Shown here piece after piece: positions 52,994 through 62,050 of a DNA stretch of 62,246 nt. The stretch is taken from assembly GCA_964393465.1 (NCBI GenBank), contig CAYMTT010000001.1, positions 1 to 62,246 of the forward strand, in the 5' to 3' direction. The notes below the pieces were generated by a model. The model saw only the letters and a list, made by a program, of their open reading frames with translations. It made no database searches and had not been told where the DNA came from. Within the stretch, counting starts at the first letter, position 1; the number at the start of each line of letters is the position of its first letter. The DNA comes from an uncultured Candidatus Saccharibacteria bacterium (lineage in GTDB: Bacteria; Patescibacteriota; Minisyncoccia; Minisyncoccales; MHMH01). The translations under genes and the position numbers were made by a program.

Positions 52994-53938
52994 TTACGCC
53001 CTGGAAATTCTTATCAATCCCGAGCAGGGAATGACTTCTATTCCCTCTTTCTGGAGTTCATCCAGGAAAAGATTCATTCCCAAAGAATCCGAAGACATGT
53101 GTCCGGCAATAACAACATTCAGATGGGCGGCTTTGGCCTCTTTTCTGTGCTCTTCGGACTGATGCATGGAAACGACAGTGCCTATTCCCGCCTGCACCAT
53201 TTTCTCATAAAGTTTTGGGGAACCCTCCGTCCCTCCGGTGATTTCGGTAACCGTGACCCTTCCGCAGCGATTTTCCGGGGACCCCACGAAAAGCTTGGGG
53301 CCGGCCCCTATTTTTGCGGCTTCTTTGTATTCGGGTATGCTTTTCAAGAGCTTGAGCACATCTTCCAGTCTTTCGGGAGAAGCTTCTTCTATTTTCTCTC
53401 TCAGGAAGCGGGCGGCCAGATTGTCGCAGGGGGTATGGCAGTTTATCAGGTTGGCTCCGGCCAAGCGGGCGGTATCTACCGCTCTCTGATGGTTGGCGGC
53501 GCTCACTCCCCTAGCCACTTCGGAAATCCTCTCTTTCATCAAATCCTCGGCCACGTTTATGGGAACCCCGTACTGATTCAAAACGTCACATTGGAGCTCC
53601 ATAACTTCGTGAAGATTGGCCAAAGCTTTTCCCCTGGGATGGTGGGCTATTATGAGATCGATGTTGCCAAGATCTTTTGCCAGAAGAATTTCAGCAGAAT
53701 CTATATCTATTCCGGCCAGAACCTTTTTGATTTCTTTGTCTTGGGCCACGTTCAGAATCTGGGAGTCCGAATACGGATTTTTTAGCCTGTCTGTATCGAA
53801 ATATTCCTTAGCCTCCGGAGAAAGCTTTTCGTATTTGTCTTTTTTTCTCTGCAAAAGCCCGACTATGGCGTCTCTGCCCCGAAAGTCGGCCTCGACTCCC
53901 ATTTTAAGGGCCAAATTGTATATATCTTTGGTTTTCAT
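52994..53938 (-). CDS. NIF3/YbgI-family dinuclear metal centre protein
   Basis: IIAHHPRG, NCHTPCDN and AGHMSSDSLGMN motifs. I placed the start at ATG 53938 (MKTKDIY). The track start at 53989 is a TTG that would overlap the small upstream ORF. Confidence 0.8.
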   Translation of the reverse strand: MKTKDIYNLALKMGVEADFRGRDAIVGLLQRKKDKYEKLSPEAKEYFDTDRLKNPYSDSQILNVAQDKEIKKVLAGIDIDSAEILLAKDLGNIDLIIAHHPRGKALANLHEVMELQCDVLNQYGVPINVAEDLMKERISEVARGVSAANHQRAVDTARLAGANLINCHTPCDNLAARFLREKIEEASPERLEDVLKLLKSIPEYKEAAKIGAGPKLFVGSPENRCGRVTVTEITGGTEGSPKLYEKMVQAGIGTVVSMHQSEEHRKEAKAAHLNVVIAGHMSSDSLGMNLFLDELQKEGIEVIPCSGLIRISRA

Positions 53939-53972
53939 ATCCGTTGTACTGTAACAAAAAACGGCCTTTTTG

Positions 53973-54113
53973 TCAAAGAGAGCCGCCAAAAACCTTTCGG
54001 TACAAATCGTTTATCCGCTCCTCCCTCTCTTTGGGATCTGAAAACTCCCTCCTAATGCGGGCTTTTTCTTTTCTGACGTATTTACGGATTGATTTTGGAA
54101 GTTTTTTCTTCAT
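53973..54113 (-). CDS. Hypothetical small basic protein (46 aa) translationally coupled to rtcB
   Basis: Below the ORF-track cutoff; I translated it by hand: MKKKLPKSIRKYVRKEKARIRREFSDPKEREERINDLYRKVFGGSL. Its ATG (54113-54111) overlaps the rtcB TGA (54112-54110) as ATGA. Confidence 0.4.
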   Translation of the reverse strand: MKKKLPKSIRKYVRKEKARIRREFSDPKEREERINDLYRKVFGGSL

Positions 54114-55549
54114 TCTCCTTTGATTACGGCTAAAGGTTCGAGTCTGGCCACTTTTCTGGAAAGTCCGGCCTTGTGCACTGTTTCCACCACTCCGTCTATA
54201 TCTTTATACGCCAAAGGGGCCTCTTCGGCAATACCCCTGGGACTGCGGCATTTGACCACGATCCCTTTTTTTGCCAAAACATCCAAAACCTCGCGGCCGG
54301 AAATCTTTCTCATGGCCGCGTGCCGGGACATGGTTCTTCCCGCCCCATGATTCACCGTGTAGAAAGCTTCTTTGGATTTTTCGGTCCCCACGCAGACATA
54401 AGAAGAGGTTCCCATAGAGCCGGGAATGAGAACGGGCTGGCCGGAAGAAGAATATTCTTCGGGCAGTTCGGGATGTCCCGGGGGAAATGCTCTGGTCGCC
54501 CCTTTGCGGTGAACCAGCAGCTTTTTTTTCTGTCCGCCGATTTCATGCTCTTCCATCTTGGCGATATTGTGGGCGACGTCGTAAAGCAAAGAAAGGCCGG
54601 ATTTGCCTCCGAGAGCCTCCTTCCAGGCCTTTCTGACGTAATGGGTGATCATCTGGCGGTTGGCCCAGGCGAAATTGCAAGCGGCCGACATGGCCCCGAA
54701 AAACCTCCGGCCTTCCGAGGAATCGAAAGGAACGCAAGCCAGCTCTTTATCGGGCAGATCGATTCCGTATTTGGAAAAGGCCGGCATCACTTCCTTTAAA
54801 TAGTCTGCGCAGTTCTGGTGGCCCAATCCCCGGCTTCCGGTATGTATCATCACCAAAACCTGGTTTTCGAAAAGCCCGAAAGCAGCGGCGACCGAAGGGT
54901 CGAATATCTCTTTGACCTGCTGGACTTCCAGAAAATGGTTCCCTGATCCCAGAGTTCCCAGCTGGCCTTTCCCCCGGCTCTTGGCCCTGCCAGAAATTAA
55001 AGAAGCTTGGGCTTTTTCCATTTTCCCTTTTTCTTCGCAGCGCTCGGCATCCTCTTTTTCTCCGAAGCCCCGCCTCACCAGTTCGGGAACTCCTCCTTCC
55101 AGTATGCTGTCGAGTTCGGAAAAAGAAAGTTCGGATTTTCTCCCCCTGCCCAGACCCGAAGGAACTTCTTTTTGCATCAAAGAAGCCAGTTTGTCCAAGC
55201 GGGAAGCCAATTTTTCTTTTTTGTATTCCGACTTTAAAATCCTGACTCCGCAATTTTGGTCGTATCCCACGAATCCGGGAGAAATTACCCCTTCGGAAAG
55301 CCCGAAAGCTCCCACTCCTCCGATGGGAGGGCCGTAGCCCGAATGAATGTCGGGCATGGCCAGTACTCTTTCTGCCAGCCCGGGAAGACAGGCCGTATTC
55401 ACCAACTGTTGAAGAGCGGCATTTTCGACCCGGGAAAACATTTCCTCTGAGATGTAGATTCTGGCCGGAACCTTCATCTCTCTCCAGAAAGAAACTGGAA
55501 TTTCCCAGGCGTACTCGCTTATTCTTTTGAAATCTTTTTTGGAAATCAT
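54110..55549 (-). CDS. rtcB: RNA-splicing ligase RtcB
   Basis: 479 aa. PDIHSGYG, GSGNHFLE, HTGSRGLGHQ, and NHGAGR motifs. Confidence 0.95.
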   Translation of the reverse strand: MISKKDFKRISEYAWEIPVSFWREMKVPARIYISEEMFSRVENAALQQLVNTACLPGLAERVLAMPDIHSGYGPPIGGVGAFGLSEGVISPGFVGYDQNCGVRILKSEYKKEKLASRLDKLASLMQKEVPSGLGRGRKSELSFSELDSILEGGVPELVRRGFGEKEDAERCEEKGKMEKAQASLISGRAKSRGKGQLGTLGSGNHFLEVQQVKEIFDPSVAAAFGLFENQVLVMIHTGSRGLGHQNCADYLKEVMPAFSKYGIDLPDKELACVPFDSSEGRRFFGAMSAACNFAWANRQMITHYVRKAWKEALGGKSGLSLLYDVAHNIAKMEEHEIGGQKKKLLVHRKGATRAFPPGHPELPEEYSSSGQPVLIPGSMGTSSYVCVGTEKSKEAFYTVNHGAGRTMSRHAAMRKISGREVLDVLAKKGIVVKCRSPRGIAEEAPLAYKDIDGVVETVHKAGLSRKVARLEPLAVIKGE

Positions 55550-55951
55550 TTAAACGTCGAATAAAACGACGGCCCGGCAGCCTCTTTTCTCGCAGACCGT
55601 CCGCAATGAATGATAAGTGGCCCCTTTTATCTCTCTTTGGAAACCGGAAACTTTCCTGCCTTTAAAAAATCCGCGGATTTTCTTTTCGGAAAACAGGGAA
55701 AAATCGGCAGAAAGATAAACTTCTTTTTCCGCCTGGCCGAGAGAAAGGACTTCGTTCAGAAAATCTGCCAGAAGAAGGGAAGAATCGGAAGATTCCACCT
55801 CGAACCCCCTTTCAACTTCGCTTTTTTGCAATTCCGGCTTTAAATATTCGGCTGCCGCCTCCAGGCAGTTCAAAAAAAGAGCTTCTCTGTCTTTTCCGAA
55901 AACCTCCATTTTCAAATCGGCCGCATGATCCAAAATTCTGTACTTCATCAT
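55550..55951 (-). CDS. Archease (RtcB activator)
   Basis: M(M)KYRILDHAADLKMEVFG... and C-terminal IKGATYHSL. I placed the start at ATG 55951 or 55948. The track start at 56062 runs through a strong terminator hairpin. Confidence 0.85.
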   Translation of the reverse strand: MMKYRILDHAADLKMEVFGKDREALFLNCLEAAAEYLKPELQKSEVERGFEVESSDSSLLLADFLNEVLSLGQAEKEVYLSADFSLFSEKKIRGFFKGRKVSGFQREIKGATYHSLRTVCEKRGCRAVVLFDV

Positions 55952-55955
55952 TTTA

Positions 55956-55983
55956 ACAATAGCAAAAACAGCGATTTTGTCAT
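55956..55983 (-). promoter_or_regulatory. Candidate archease-rtcB promoter (ATGACA-16 nt-TGcTATTGT)
   Basis: The minus strand has -35 ATGACA (55983-55978) and extended -10 TGCTATTGT (55964-55956). Only 4 nt separate the -10 from the ATG, and there is no SD. Confidence 0.35.
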
Positions 55984-55987
55984 CCCA

Positions 55988-56018
55988 AACAAAAAAGCAA
56001 CCGGTAATGGTTGCTTTT
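55988..56018 (-). terminator. Strong intrinsic terminator upstream of the archease gene
   Basis: Perfect 10-bp palindrome AAAAGCAACC-(6 nt)-GGTTGCTTTT, with a T-run on the minus strand. Confidence 0.65.
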
Positions 56019-56021
56019 GAA

Positions 56022-56159
56022 TTAAGTTCCGCCTTTCTCCATTCTTTCCAGGGATATTTCAAGGCTTTCTTCTAGAACTTCCGGATGTTCTCCGTCTTCG
56101 GCCGAAGCCGAAACGATTTGAGAAATCAATTCCAGTCTTTTTCCGGAATCTTCTGCCAT
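56022..56159 (-). CDS. Hypothetical small acidic protein (45 aa)
   Basis: ATG 56159 lies 8 nt after a perfect AGGAGG (56173-56168). The sequence is MAEDSGKRLELISQIVSASAEDGEHPEVLEESLEISLERMEKGGT, followed directly by the terminator. Confidence 0.45.
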   Translation of the reverse strand: MAEDSGKRLELISQIVSASAEDGEHPEVLEESLEISLERMEKGGT

Positions 56160-56232
56160 CTGCATTTCCTCCTTTGTGGAACTAAATCCTTTATTCGGGC
56201 CCAAACAATCTTACCACGGAAAGAAAATTACG

Positions 56233-57423
56233 TCAATGGATTTTTTCAAGCTCTTGGAGAACGACTTCTTTTTCGTTCCAAGGCATTTTCTCGCCTCCGG
56301 CCAGGCACATCCAAGGCTCCGATCCCTTCCCGGTGATAACGACCGTATCCCCTTTTCCGGCTTCCTCCAAGGCTTTTCTGATGGCTTTTCTTCTGTCCTG
56401 AATTTCCAAAACCTTGGAAAGATCGGAAATTCCCGACTTCACATCCGCAATTATCTCCCGGGGCGTTTCGTCGTAAGGATCTTCGTCGGCGAGGATTATC
56501 CTGCGGCAGTTTTCTCCGGCTATCCGGCCGAGCTCCGGCCTTTTCCATTTGTCCCTTCCTCCGCCGCAAGCTCCCAAAACGCATATTTTATTCCCGGGCA
56601 GGGCTTTGTAGGCTTTTCTTAAAGAATCGGGTGTATGGGCGTAGTCTATAACCACTTTGAAAGGCTCCGAAACCACGGTTTCCATCCTGCCGGGAATTTG
56701 TTTTATCTCTTGCACCGCTTTTTTGCAGAGCTGCAAATCTATTCCCTGGGAAACTCCCAAACAGACCGCCGCCAATCCGTTGTAAATATTGAATTGACCG
56801 GGCAGGGAAAGATCCAATCTCAGATTTTCGTTGTTGATGTTGCCCTGGCGCAGGCCGTAAGTGTATTTTTTCTTCGCCGGGAAATCGAGAAAATATCCGG
56901 AGCTCCGGTCGTCAATATTGATTATGTGCACTTTTTTTGCGGCCTTGAAAAGGCGGCCCTTTGCCTTTTTGTATTTTTCGAAGCTGCCGTGACTCTCTAT
57001 GTGCTCGGGGGTCAGATTGGTGAAAATCGCCGCATCGAAATCAACAAACCTGTGACGGTGCTGTTTTATCCCTTCGGAAGTTACCTCCAAAACGACGTAT
57101 TCGCAGCCTTCTTTGACAGCTTGTCTTAGAAATCTTTGCAATTTGAAGCGGCCGGGCATCGTCATTTTCAAATCGTTGGAATATTCTTTCTGCCCGATTT
57201 TGAATTTTATGGAAGATATCGAAGCCACTTTGTAGCCGGCTTTTTCCAAAACCGCGCAGGAAAGCAGAACCACGGTAGACTTGCCATTGGTGCCGGTCAC
57301 TCCCACAACTTTCATATTTCTGGAAGGAAACAGATACAAAAAAGCTCCAGACATGGCCAGGAAAAGATGATAAAAATCCAGCAAAAAGGAAGGAATGATT
57401 TTTTTTAAAAAGGTCCTTGCCAC
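56233..57423 (-). CDS. Mur ligase family protein, MurE-like but lacking the N-terminal UDP-binding domain
   Basis: 396 aa. GVTGTNGKST P-loop only ~40 aa from the N-terminus, IDYAHTPDSL, and ADEDPYDETPREII (resembles the MurE DNPR region). Confidence 0.75.
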   Translation of the reverse strand: MARTFLKKIIPSFLLDFYHLFLAMSGAFLYLFPSRNMKVVGVTGTNGKSTVVLLSCAVLEKAGYKVASISSIKFKIGQKEYSNDLKMTMPGRFKLQRFLRQAVKEGCEYVVLEVTSEGIKQHRHRFVDFDAAIFTNLTPEHIESHGSFEKYKKAKGRLFKAAKKVHIINIDDRSSGYFLDFPAKKKYTYGLRQGNINNENLRLDLSLPGQFNIYNGLAAVCLGVSQGIDLQLCKKAVQEIKQIPGRMETVVSEPFKVVIDYAHTPDSLRKAYKALPGNKICVLGACGGGRDKWKRPELGRIAGENCRRIILADEDPYDETPREIIADVKSGISDLSKVLEIQDRRKAIRKALEEAGKGDTVVITGKGSEPWMCLAGGEKMPWNEKEVVLQELEKIH

Positions 57424-57438
57424 TGCTATCTTTAAAAT

Positions 57439-58017
57439 TCACTGTAAAGTTTTTCCCGCGCCCCCGAGAATTTTCAGAGCCTCTTTGACTCTTTCCTCGG
57501 AATTTTTGGAACCCGGGAGAATTTTAGACAAAGCCTCCCTGCTTTTTTGTTTGGAAAAACCGAGGGAAACCAAAGTATCCAAAGCTTCATCCTCTTTTTC
57601 CGGCACTGTAGCTTGAGCGGACTCTTTGATTTTCCCGGTCAGCTCGAGAAGGATTTTTTGCATTTTCTTTCTCCCAATCCCTTTGACCTTCTGGTCGAAC
57701 TTGCCTTTTTCTATCTCTGCCTTCAAATTTTCCAGCGAGCCGAAAACCGAAAGGTCGAGAGCCGTTCTCGGACCGATACCAGAAATCCCGTTCAAAGTTT
57801 CAAAAAGTTCGAGCTCTGCTTCCTCCAAAAAACCGTAGAGCTCCTCCTCGTCTTCCTTCAAATGCAAAAAAGTGTAAAGCTGGACTTCCGATCCCGCTTC
57901 GGGCAGTTTTTCAAGAACGGGAAGAGAACAAAAAACTTTATAGCCCACTCCGGCCACCTCGATTACGGCAAACTTGCTTTTTTTTCTTTTCAGTCCTCCT
58001 TTGAGGTAATAAATCAT
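57439..58017 (-). CDS. ruvA: Holliday junction DNA helicase RuvA
   Basis: Start at ATG 58017 (MIYYLKG...). VAGVGYKVF OB domain, ISGIGPRTA and VKGIGRKKM HhH motifs, and C-terminal domain III. Confidence 0.88.
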   Translation of the reverse strand: MIYYLKGGLKRKKSKFAVIEVAGVGYKVFCSLPVLEKLPEAGSEVQLYTFLHLKEDEEELYGFLEEAELELFETLNGISGIGPRTALDLSVFGSLENLKAEIEKGKFDQKVKGIGRKKMQKILLELTGKIKESAQATVPEKEDEALDTLVSLGFSKQKSREALSKILPGSKNSEERVKEALKILGGAGKTLQ

Positions 58018-58031
58018 TGCCTTATTATACC

Positions 58032-58060
58032 TTGAAAAAAAGAAAAAATAAAGATAGGAT
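58032..58060 (+). promoter_or_regulatory. Candidate uvrB promoter (TTGAAA-17 nt-TAGGAT)
   Basis: -35 at 58032-58037 and -10 at 58055-58060. Only 7 nt separate the -10 from ATG 58068, and there is no SD. Confidence 0.45.
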
Positions 58061-58067
58061 AAATGGT

Positions 58068-60008
58068 ATGTTTGAACTGATTTCCAAATACGGACCGGCC
58101 GGGGACCAAGCCCAGGCGGAGGCAAAAATTACTGAAAATCTGAAAACCGGTCTGAAAAACCAGGTGCTTTTGGGAGTGACCGGCTCCGGAAAAACTTTCA
58201 CCATGGCTTCTGTGATAGAAAAGTCACAAAAACCGGTCCTGATAATATCTCACAACAAAACCTTGGCCGCCCAGCTTTACCAGGAATTGAAGGATTTTTT
58301 CCCGAAAAACGCCGTCCATTATTTCGTCTCCTATTACGATTACTATCAGCCGGAAGCATATATCCCCCAAACGGACACCTATATAGAAAAAGACGCCAAA
58401 GTGAACCAGGAAATAGACCGGCTGAGGCATGCTGCCACACAGGATCTTCTGACCAGAAAAGACGTGATCGTGGTAGCTTCCGTTTCCTGCATCTACAACT
58501 TGGGGTCTCCCGAAGCCTACCAGAAAGTTTCCCTGGAGATAAGGCCGGGGCAGAAAATCAAAAGAAGGGAATTGATAGAGCGCCTGATCTCCCTGCAGTA
58601 CCAAAGGAATGAAATAGACTTCAAGCCGGGAGCCTTCAGAGTCAGAGGGGATATTCTGGATATTTTCCTGGTTACGGGCAAAGAAATCCTGAGGGTCGAG
58701 TTTTCAAAGGACGCAATCTCAAGCCTTTCTTTGGCAAAAGATTTTCTTTCTCCTTCTTTTTCCCCTTTGAAATCCGGCTGGCGGCTTTATCCTGCCCAGT
58801 TTTGGGTCACTCCGAAAAACAAACTGGAAATCGCCCTGGAAAACATAAGATTGGAACTGCAGGAAAGAACCAAAGGGCTGAAAAAAGAAAAAAAGCTTCT
58901 GGAGTCCCAAAGGCTCCAAAAAAGAACCGGCTACGATCTGGAAATGATAAAAGAATCGGGCTGGTGCCACGGCATAGAAAACTATTCCCGGCATTTGGAA
59001 TTCAGGGGAGAAGGAAAAGCGCCTTTCACGCTTCTGGACTACTTCGATTTTTCCCAAGGCTCCGGCTATCTGGTATTCATCGACGAATCGCACATGACCT
59101 GCCCCCAGCTGCAAGCCATGTTTTTCCAGGACCGGGCCAGAAAAAAGGTTTTGATCGACCACGGCTTCCGCCTGCCCTCCGCTCTGGACAATCGCCCCCT
59201 GACTTTCGAAGAATTCCAGAAAAAAACGCCCCAGAAAATATACGTTTCGGCCACCCCCGGCAAATACGAAAAGAAATTTCCCGTAACCGAACAGCTTATC
59301 CGTCCCACCGGTCTTTTGGAACCTTCCGTGAAAATAAAGCCGACTAAAAACCAAGTTAAAGATTTAATAGAAGAAATAAAAAAGAGGACCGCCAAAAAGC
59401 AAAGGGTCCTGGTTGTAACCCTCACCAAAAGGCTGGCCGAAGCTCTTTCCGACCGCCTGGAGGAAGCCGGCGTCAAAAACCGCTGGATCCACGCGGAGAT
59501 AAAAACTTTGGAGAGGCCGCAGATTCTGAAAGACTTCAGGAGCGGGAAATACGACGCGCTGGTGGGAATCAATCTTTTAAGAGAAGGCCTGGATCTGCCC
59601 GAAGTGGCCCTGGTAGCCATACTCGACGCCGACAAAGAGGGTTTTTTGAGAACGGAAACAACCCTCATTCAAACTATGGGAAGAGCGGCCCGTCATCAAG
59701 AAGGACACGTTATAATGTACGCCGACAAAATCACCGAATCGATGAAAAAAGCCATCCGGGAAATAAAAAGGCGGAGGAAAATCCAGCAGGACTACAACCA
59801 AAAACACGGAATTTCGCCAAAACCCATAATCAAAGAAATAAGGGACTGGCCTTTCGCCAAAAAAGAGGCGGTCGCTCCGGAATTCGGACCGGTAAAAGAC
59901 GCTAAAATCCTGGAAAAAGAAATGAACATCGCGGCCAAAAACCTGGATTTTGAAAGGGCGGCGGCGATCAGGGACTTGATTAAAAAAATAAAGGATGGTA
60001 AAAGGTAA
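58068..60008 (+). CDS. uvrB: Excinuclease ABC subunit B
   Basis: Start at ATG 58068 (MFELISKYGPAGDQAQA). GVTGSGKTFTMA Walker A, DESH box, and C-terminal UVR domain (NLDFERAAAIRD). Confidence 0.95.
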   Translation: MFELISKYGPAGDQAQAEAKITENLKTGLKNQVLLGVTGSGKTFTMASVIEKSQKPVLIISHNKTLAAQLYQELKDFFPKNAVHYFVSYYDYYQPEAYIPQTDTYIEKDAKVNQEIDRLRHAATQDLLTRKDVIVVASVSCIYNLGSPEAYQKVSLEIRPGQKIKRRELIERLISLQYQRNEIDFKPGAFRVRGDILDIFLVTGKEILRVEFSKDAISSLSLAKDFLSPSFSPLKSGWRLYPAQFWVTPKNKLEIALENIRLELQERTKGLKKEKKLLESQRLQKRTGYDLEMIKESGWCHGIENYSRHLEFRGEGKAPFTLLDYFDFSQGSGYLVFIDESHMTCPQLQAMFFQDRARKKVLIDHGFRLPSALDNRPLTFEEFQKKTPQKIYVSATPGKYEKKFPVTEQLIRPTGLLEPSVKIKPTKNQVKDLIEEIKKRTAKKQRVLVVTLTKRLAEALSDRLEEAGVKNRWIHAEIKTLERPQILKDFRSGKYDALVGINLLREGLDLPEVALVAILDADKEGFLRTETTLIQTMGRAARHQEGHVIMYADKITESMKKAIREIKRRRKIQQDYNQKHGISPKPIIKEIRDWPFAKKEAVAPEFGPVKDAKILEKEMNIAAKNLDFERAAAIRDLIKKIKDGKR

Positions 60009-60012
60009 ATAT

Positions 60013-60282
60013 ATGCCGATAAAAGATGCTGCCAAAAAAGCGCTCAGACAAAGTTTCAGAAAAAAGAAACAGAATCTGGCCTATAAGAACAAAATAAAAA
60101 GCCTCCAAAAAGAGGCGAAGTCCCTGCTGGCCCAAGGTAAGAACAAAGATGCAGAAAAACTCCTGCCCTCGATTTATAAAATTCTGGATAAGGCAGCCAA
60201 AACCGGAATGATAAAGAAAAACGCCGCCGCCAGGGAAAAATCCAGAATAACGGCCGCAATAAACCCTAAATCTCGGCAATAA
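60013..60282 (+). CDS. rpsT: 30S ribosomal protein S20
   Basis: 89 aa from ATG 60013: MPIKDAAKKALRQSFRKKKQNLAYKNKIKS... Confidence 0.9.
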   Translation: MPIKDAAKKALRQSFRKKKQNLAYKNKIKSLQKEAKSLLAQGKNKDAEKLLPSIYKILDKAAKTGMIKKNAAAREKSRITAAINPKSRQ

Positions 60283-61180
60283 AAAGATCCAGAGCCAGAG
60301 AGGCTTCCAGTTTGCCGGTTTTGATTTTGTAATCTACCTGGAAAATCTTGCGGTAGATTTTTTTTAACTCATCGAGAGTAAAGCTCCGAGCCTGTCTGGA
60401 GCTTTTTTGAGCGACGTAAGGGTGAAGCCCGGCTTTCTGCAGAGACTGCCCTCTTTCTGCCAAATCTTTGACCGCGATAATGTTCCTGAACTGGAAAGTT
60501 ATCATGCTCAATAAATAAAGAGGGGTATCTCCTTTTTCCAAATGCTTGTGCAAAAGGGAAAGCGCGGTTTTTTTGTCTTTTCCGGCCAGAGCGTCTATGG
60601 TTTTGAAAATATCCGCCTCTATATTCGGCTTGACCATTAGCTCCACGTCTTCTCTTTCTATTTTCCGGGATTCTTTTTTGTAAGCGGCCAGTTTCCTGAT
60701 TTCGTTGGCCAGCCTCCAAAGATCGTTCCCGACAAATTCGATCAGTTTTTCGGAAGCGCCCCGCTCCATCTGGGCAGAAAGCATTCTGGCTTCCTTTTGA
60801 ATCCAGCTTTTGAGCTGCTCGCCCTGCAGAGGACGGAAAAACTCCACTTTGGCGTTTTTTTTCAGAAAGACCAATAAAGAATCTTTGGCCGGAATGTCTT
60901 TTTTCTCGCAAAAAATTATGAGGTCTTGCGAATCGGCGAATTTTTTCCCGTCTTTGACGAAGTTTTCCTTGAAATCGGAGTCGGAAAAAAAATCGGTCAG
61001 AACGAAAATATTTTTCTCTTTAAACATAGGAACCTGGGAAAACTCGTCTTTAAAGTCGCGATAAGATCCCTGAAGGTTTTTCAAATTCAAGTTTTTGGAA
61101 GTTTTCTTCTCTTCCCTTATTATCTCTTCCAGCCTTTGCTTGATCCTGTAATCGTCTTTTCCGTAAAAAAGATAAATCAT
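60266..61180 (-). CDS. holA: DNA polymerase III delta subunit
   Basis: Start at ATG 61180 (MIYLFYGKDDY), forming an ATGA overlap with the mutM stop. It has the length and helical C-terminal domain typical of HolA. Confidence 0.8.
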   Translation of the reverse strand: MIYLFYGKDDYRIKQRLEEIIREEKKTSKNLNLKNLQGSYRDFKDEFSQVPMFKEKNIFVLTDFFSDSDFKENFVKDGKKFADSQDLIIFCEKKDIPAKDSLLVFLKKNAKVEFFRPLQGEQLKSWIQKEARMLSAQMERGASEKLIEFVGNDLWRLANEIRKLAAYKKESRKIEREDVELMVKPNIEADIFKTIDALAGKDKKTALSLLHKHLEKGDTPLYLLSMITFQFRNIIAVKDLAERGQSLQKAGLHPYVAQKSSRQARSFTLDELKKIYRKIFQVDYKIKTGKLEASLALDLFIAEI

Positions 61181-62049
61181 AATTTCTGGCACTTGGGGCA
61201 GAAATGGGCCGATCTCCCGCCGATTTTTTTCCTTTCGATTTTCCCTCCGCATTCGGGGCATTTCTCTCCGGTCCGGCGGTAGACTTTGACTTCTTTGTGA
61301 TAAAAGCCCTTGCGGCCGGAAGGAAGCCTGTAATCGGAAAAAGATTCCCCTTTAAGCTGGACTGCCTTTTTGAGAACTTTTTTTATGTCTTTGTAAACGG
61401 CCTTCAGCTCTTTTTCCGAGAGCTTAAAAGTTTTTTTGGCAGGATGCACTCGGGCCCTCCAGAGGATTTCGTCAGAATAAATGTTGCCGATTCCGGCAAT
61501 AATCTCTTGATTCATGAGCACTTTCTTTATTTCCCCTTTTTTGCCCTCCAGAGCTTTTTTGAATTTCTCGAAACTGAAATTTCCGTTCAAGGGTTCGGGG
61601 CCCAAAGATTTCATAGTTTGAGAATTTTCGAGTTTTTCTGCGTCCCAGAGCTCGGCCTTGGCAAATCTCCTCAAATCGGACAAAGCCATCATCTGGCCGT
61701 CCCTGAAGGTGAAAAGCAAGTGTATGTAAAGGTTTGTCTTTTCTGCCAAAGGGCCGGGAGGGGGCTCCCAGGTTTTATTTTTCCTGCGCCACTCCCCCAA
61801 CAGCATGTGCCCCGTCATTTTCAAATGAATCAACAGCGTTTTTTTGCCGGAAAGATCGAAAAGCAGGTTTTTTCCCCGGCGTCTGATTCTTTCTATTTTC
61901 CTGCCTTTTATTTCTTTTTTGAATTTCTCGAAGCTCTCGGGTTTTTTGACCAGTTTTGCAGAGTCGGTCCAAACATCGGCAAAAACCTTGCCGACAATTT
62001 TTTTTCGCAGCCATCTTGCCGTCGTTTCAACTTCGGGAAGCTCTGGCAT
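61177..62049 (-). CDS. mutM: Formamidopyrimidine-DNA glycosylase
   Basis: 290 aa. MPELPEVET N-terminus, H2TH region, and a C-terminal zinc finger CPECGGKIERKKIGGRSAHFCPKCQ. Confidence 0.95.
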   Translation of the reverse strand: MPELPEVETTARWLRKKIVGKVFADVWTDSAKLVKKPESFEKFKKEIKGRKIERIRRRGKNLLFDLSGKKTLLIHLKMTGHMLLGEWRRKNKTWEPPPGPLAEKTNLYIHLLFTFRDGQMMALSDLRRFAKAELWDAEKLENSQTMKSLGPEPLNGNFSFEKFKKALEGKKGEIKKVLMNQEIIAGIGNIYSDEILWRARVHPAKKTFKLSEKELKAVYKDIKKVLKKAVQLKGESFSDYRLPSGRKGFYHKEVKVYRRTGEKCPECGGKIERKKIGGRSAHFCPKCQKL

Positions 62050-62050
62050 A

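Noticed and set aside
53954-53973. An A/T-only inverted repeat ACAAAAA-acggcc-TTTTTGT between the small basic ORF and the NIF3-like gene, as a possible terminator.
   Set aside because: The stem is 7 bp of A:T pairs only, so it is predicted to be very weak. It lies between tightly packed co-oriented genes and is probably fortuitous.
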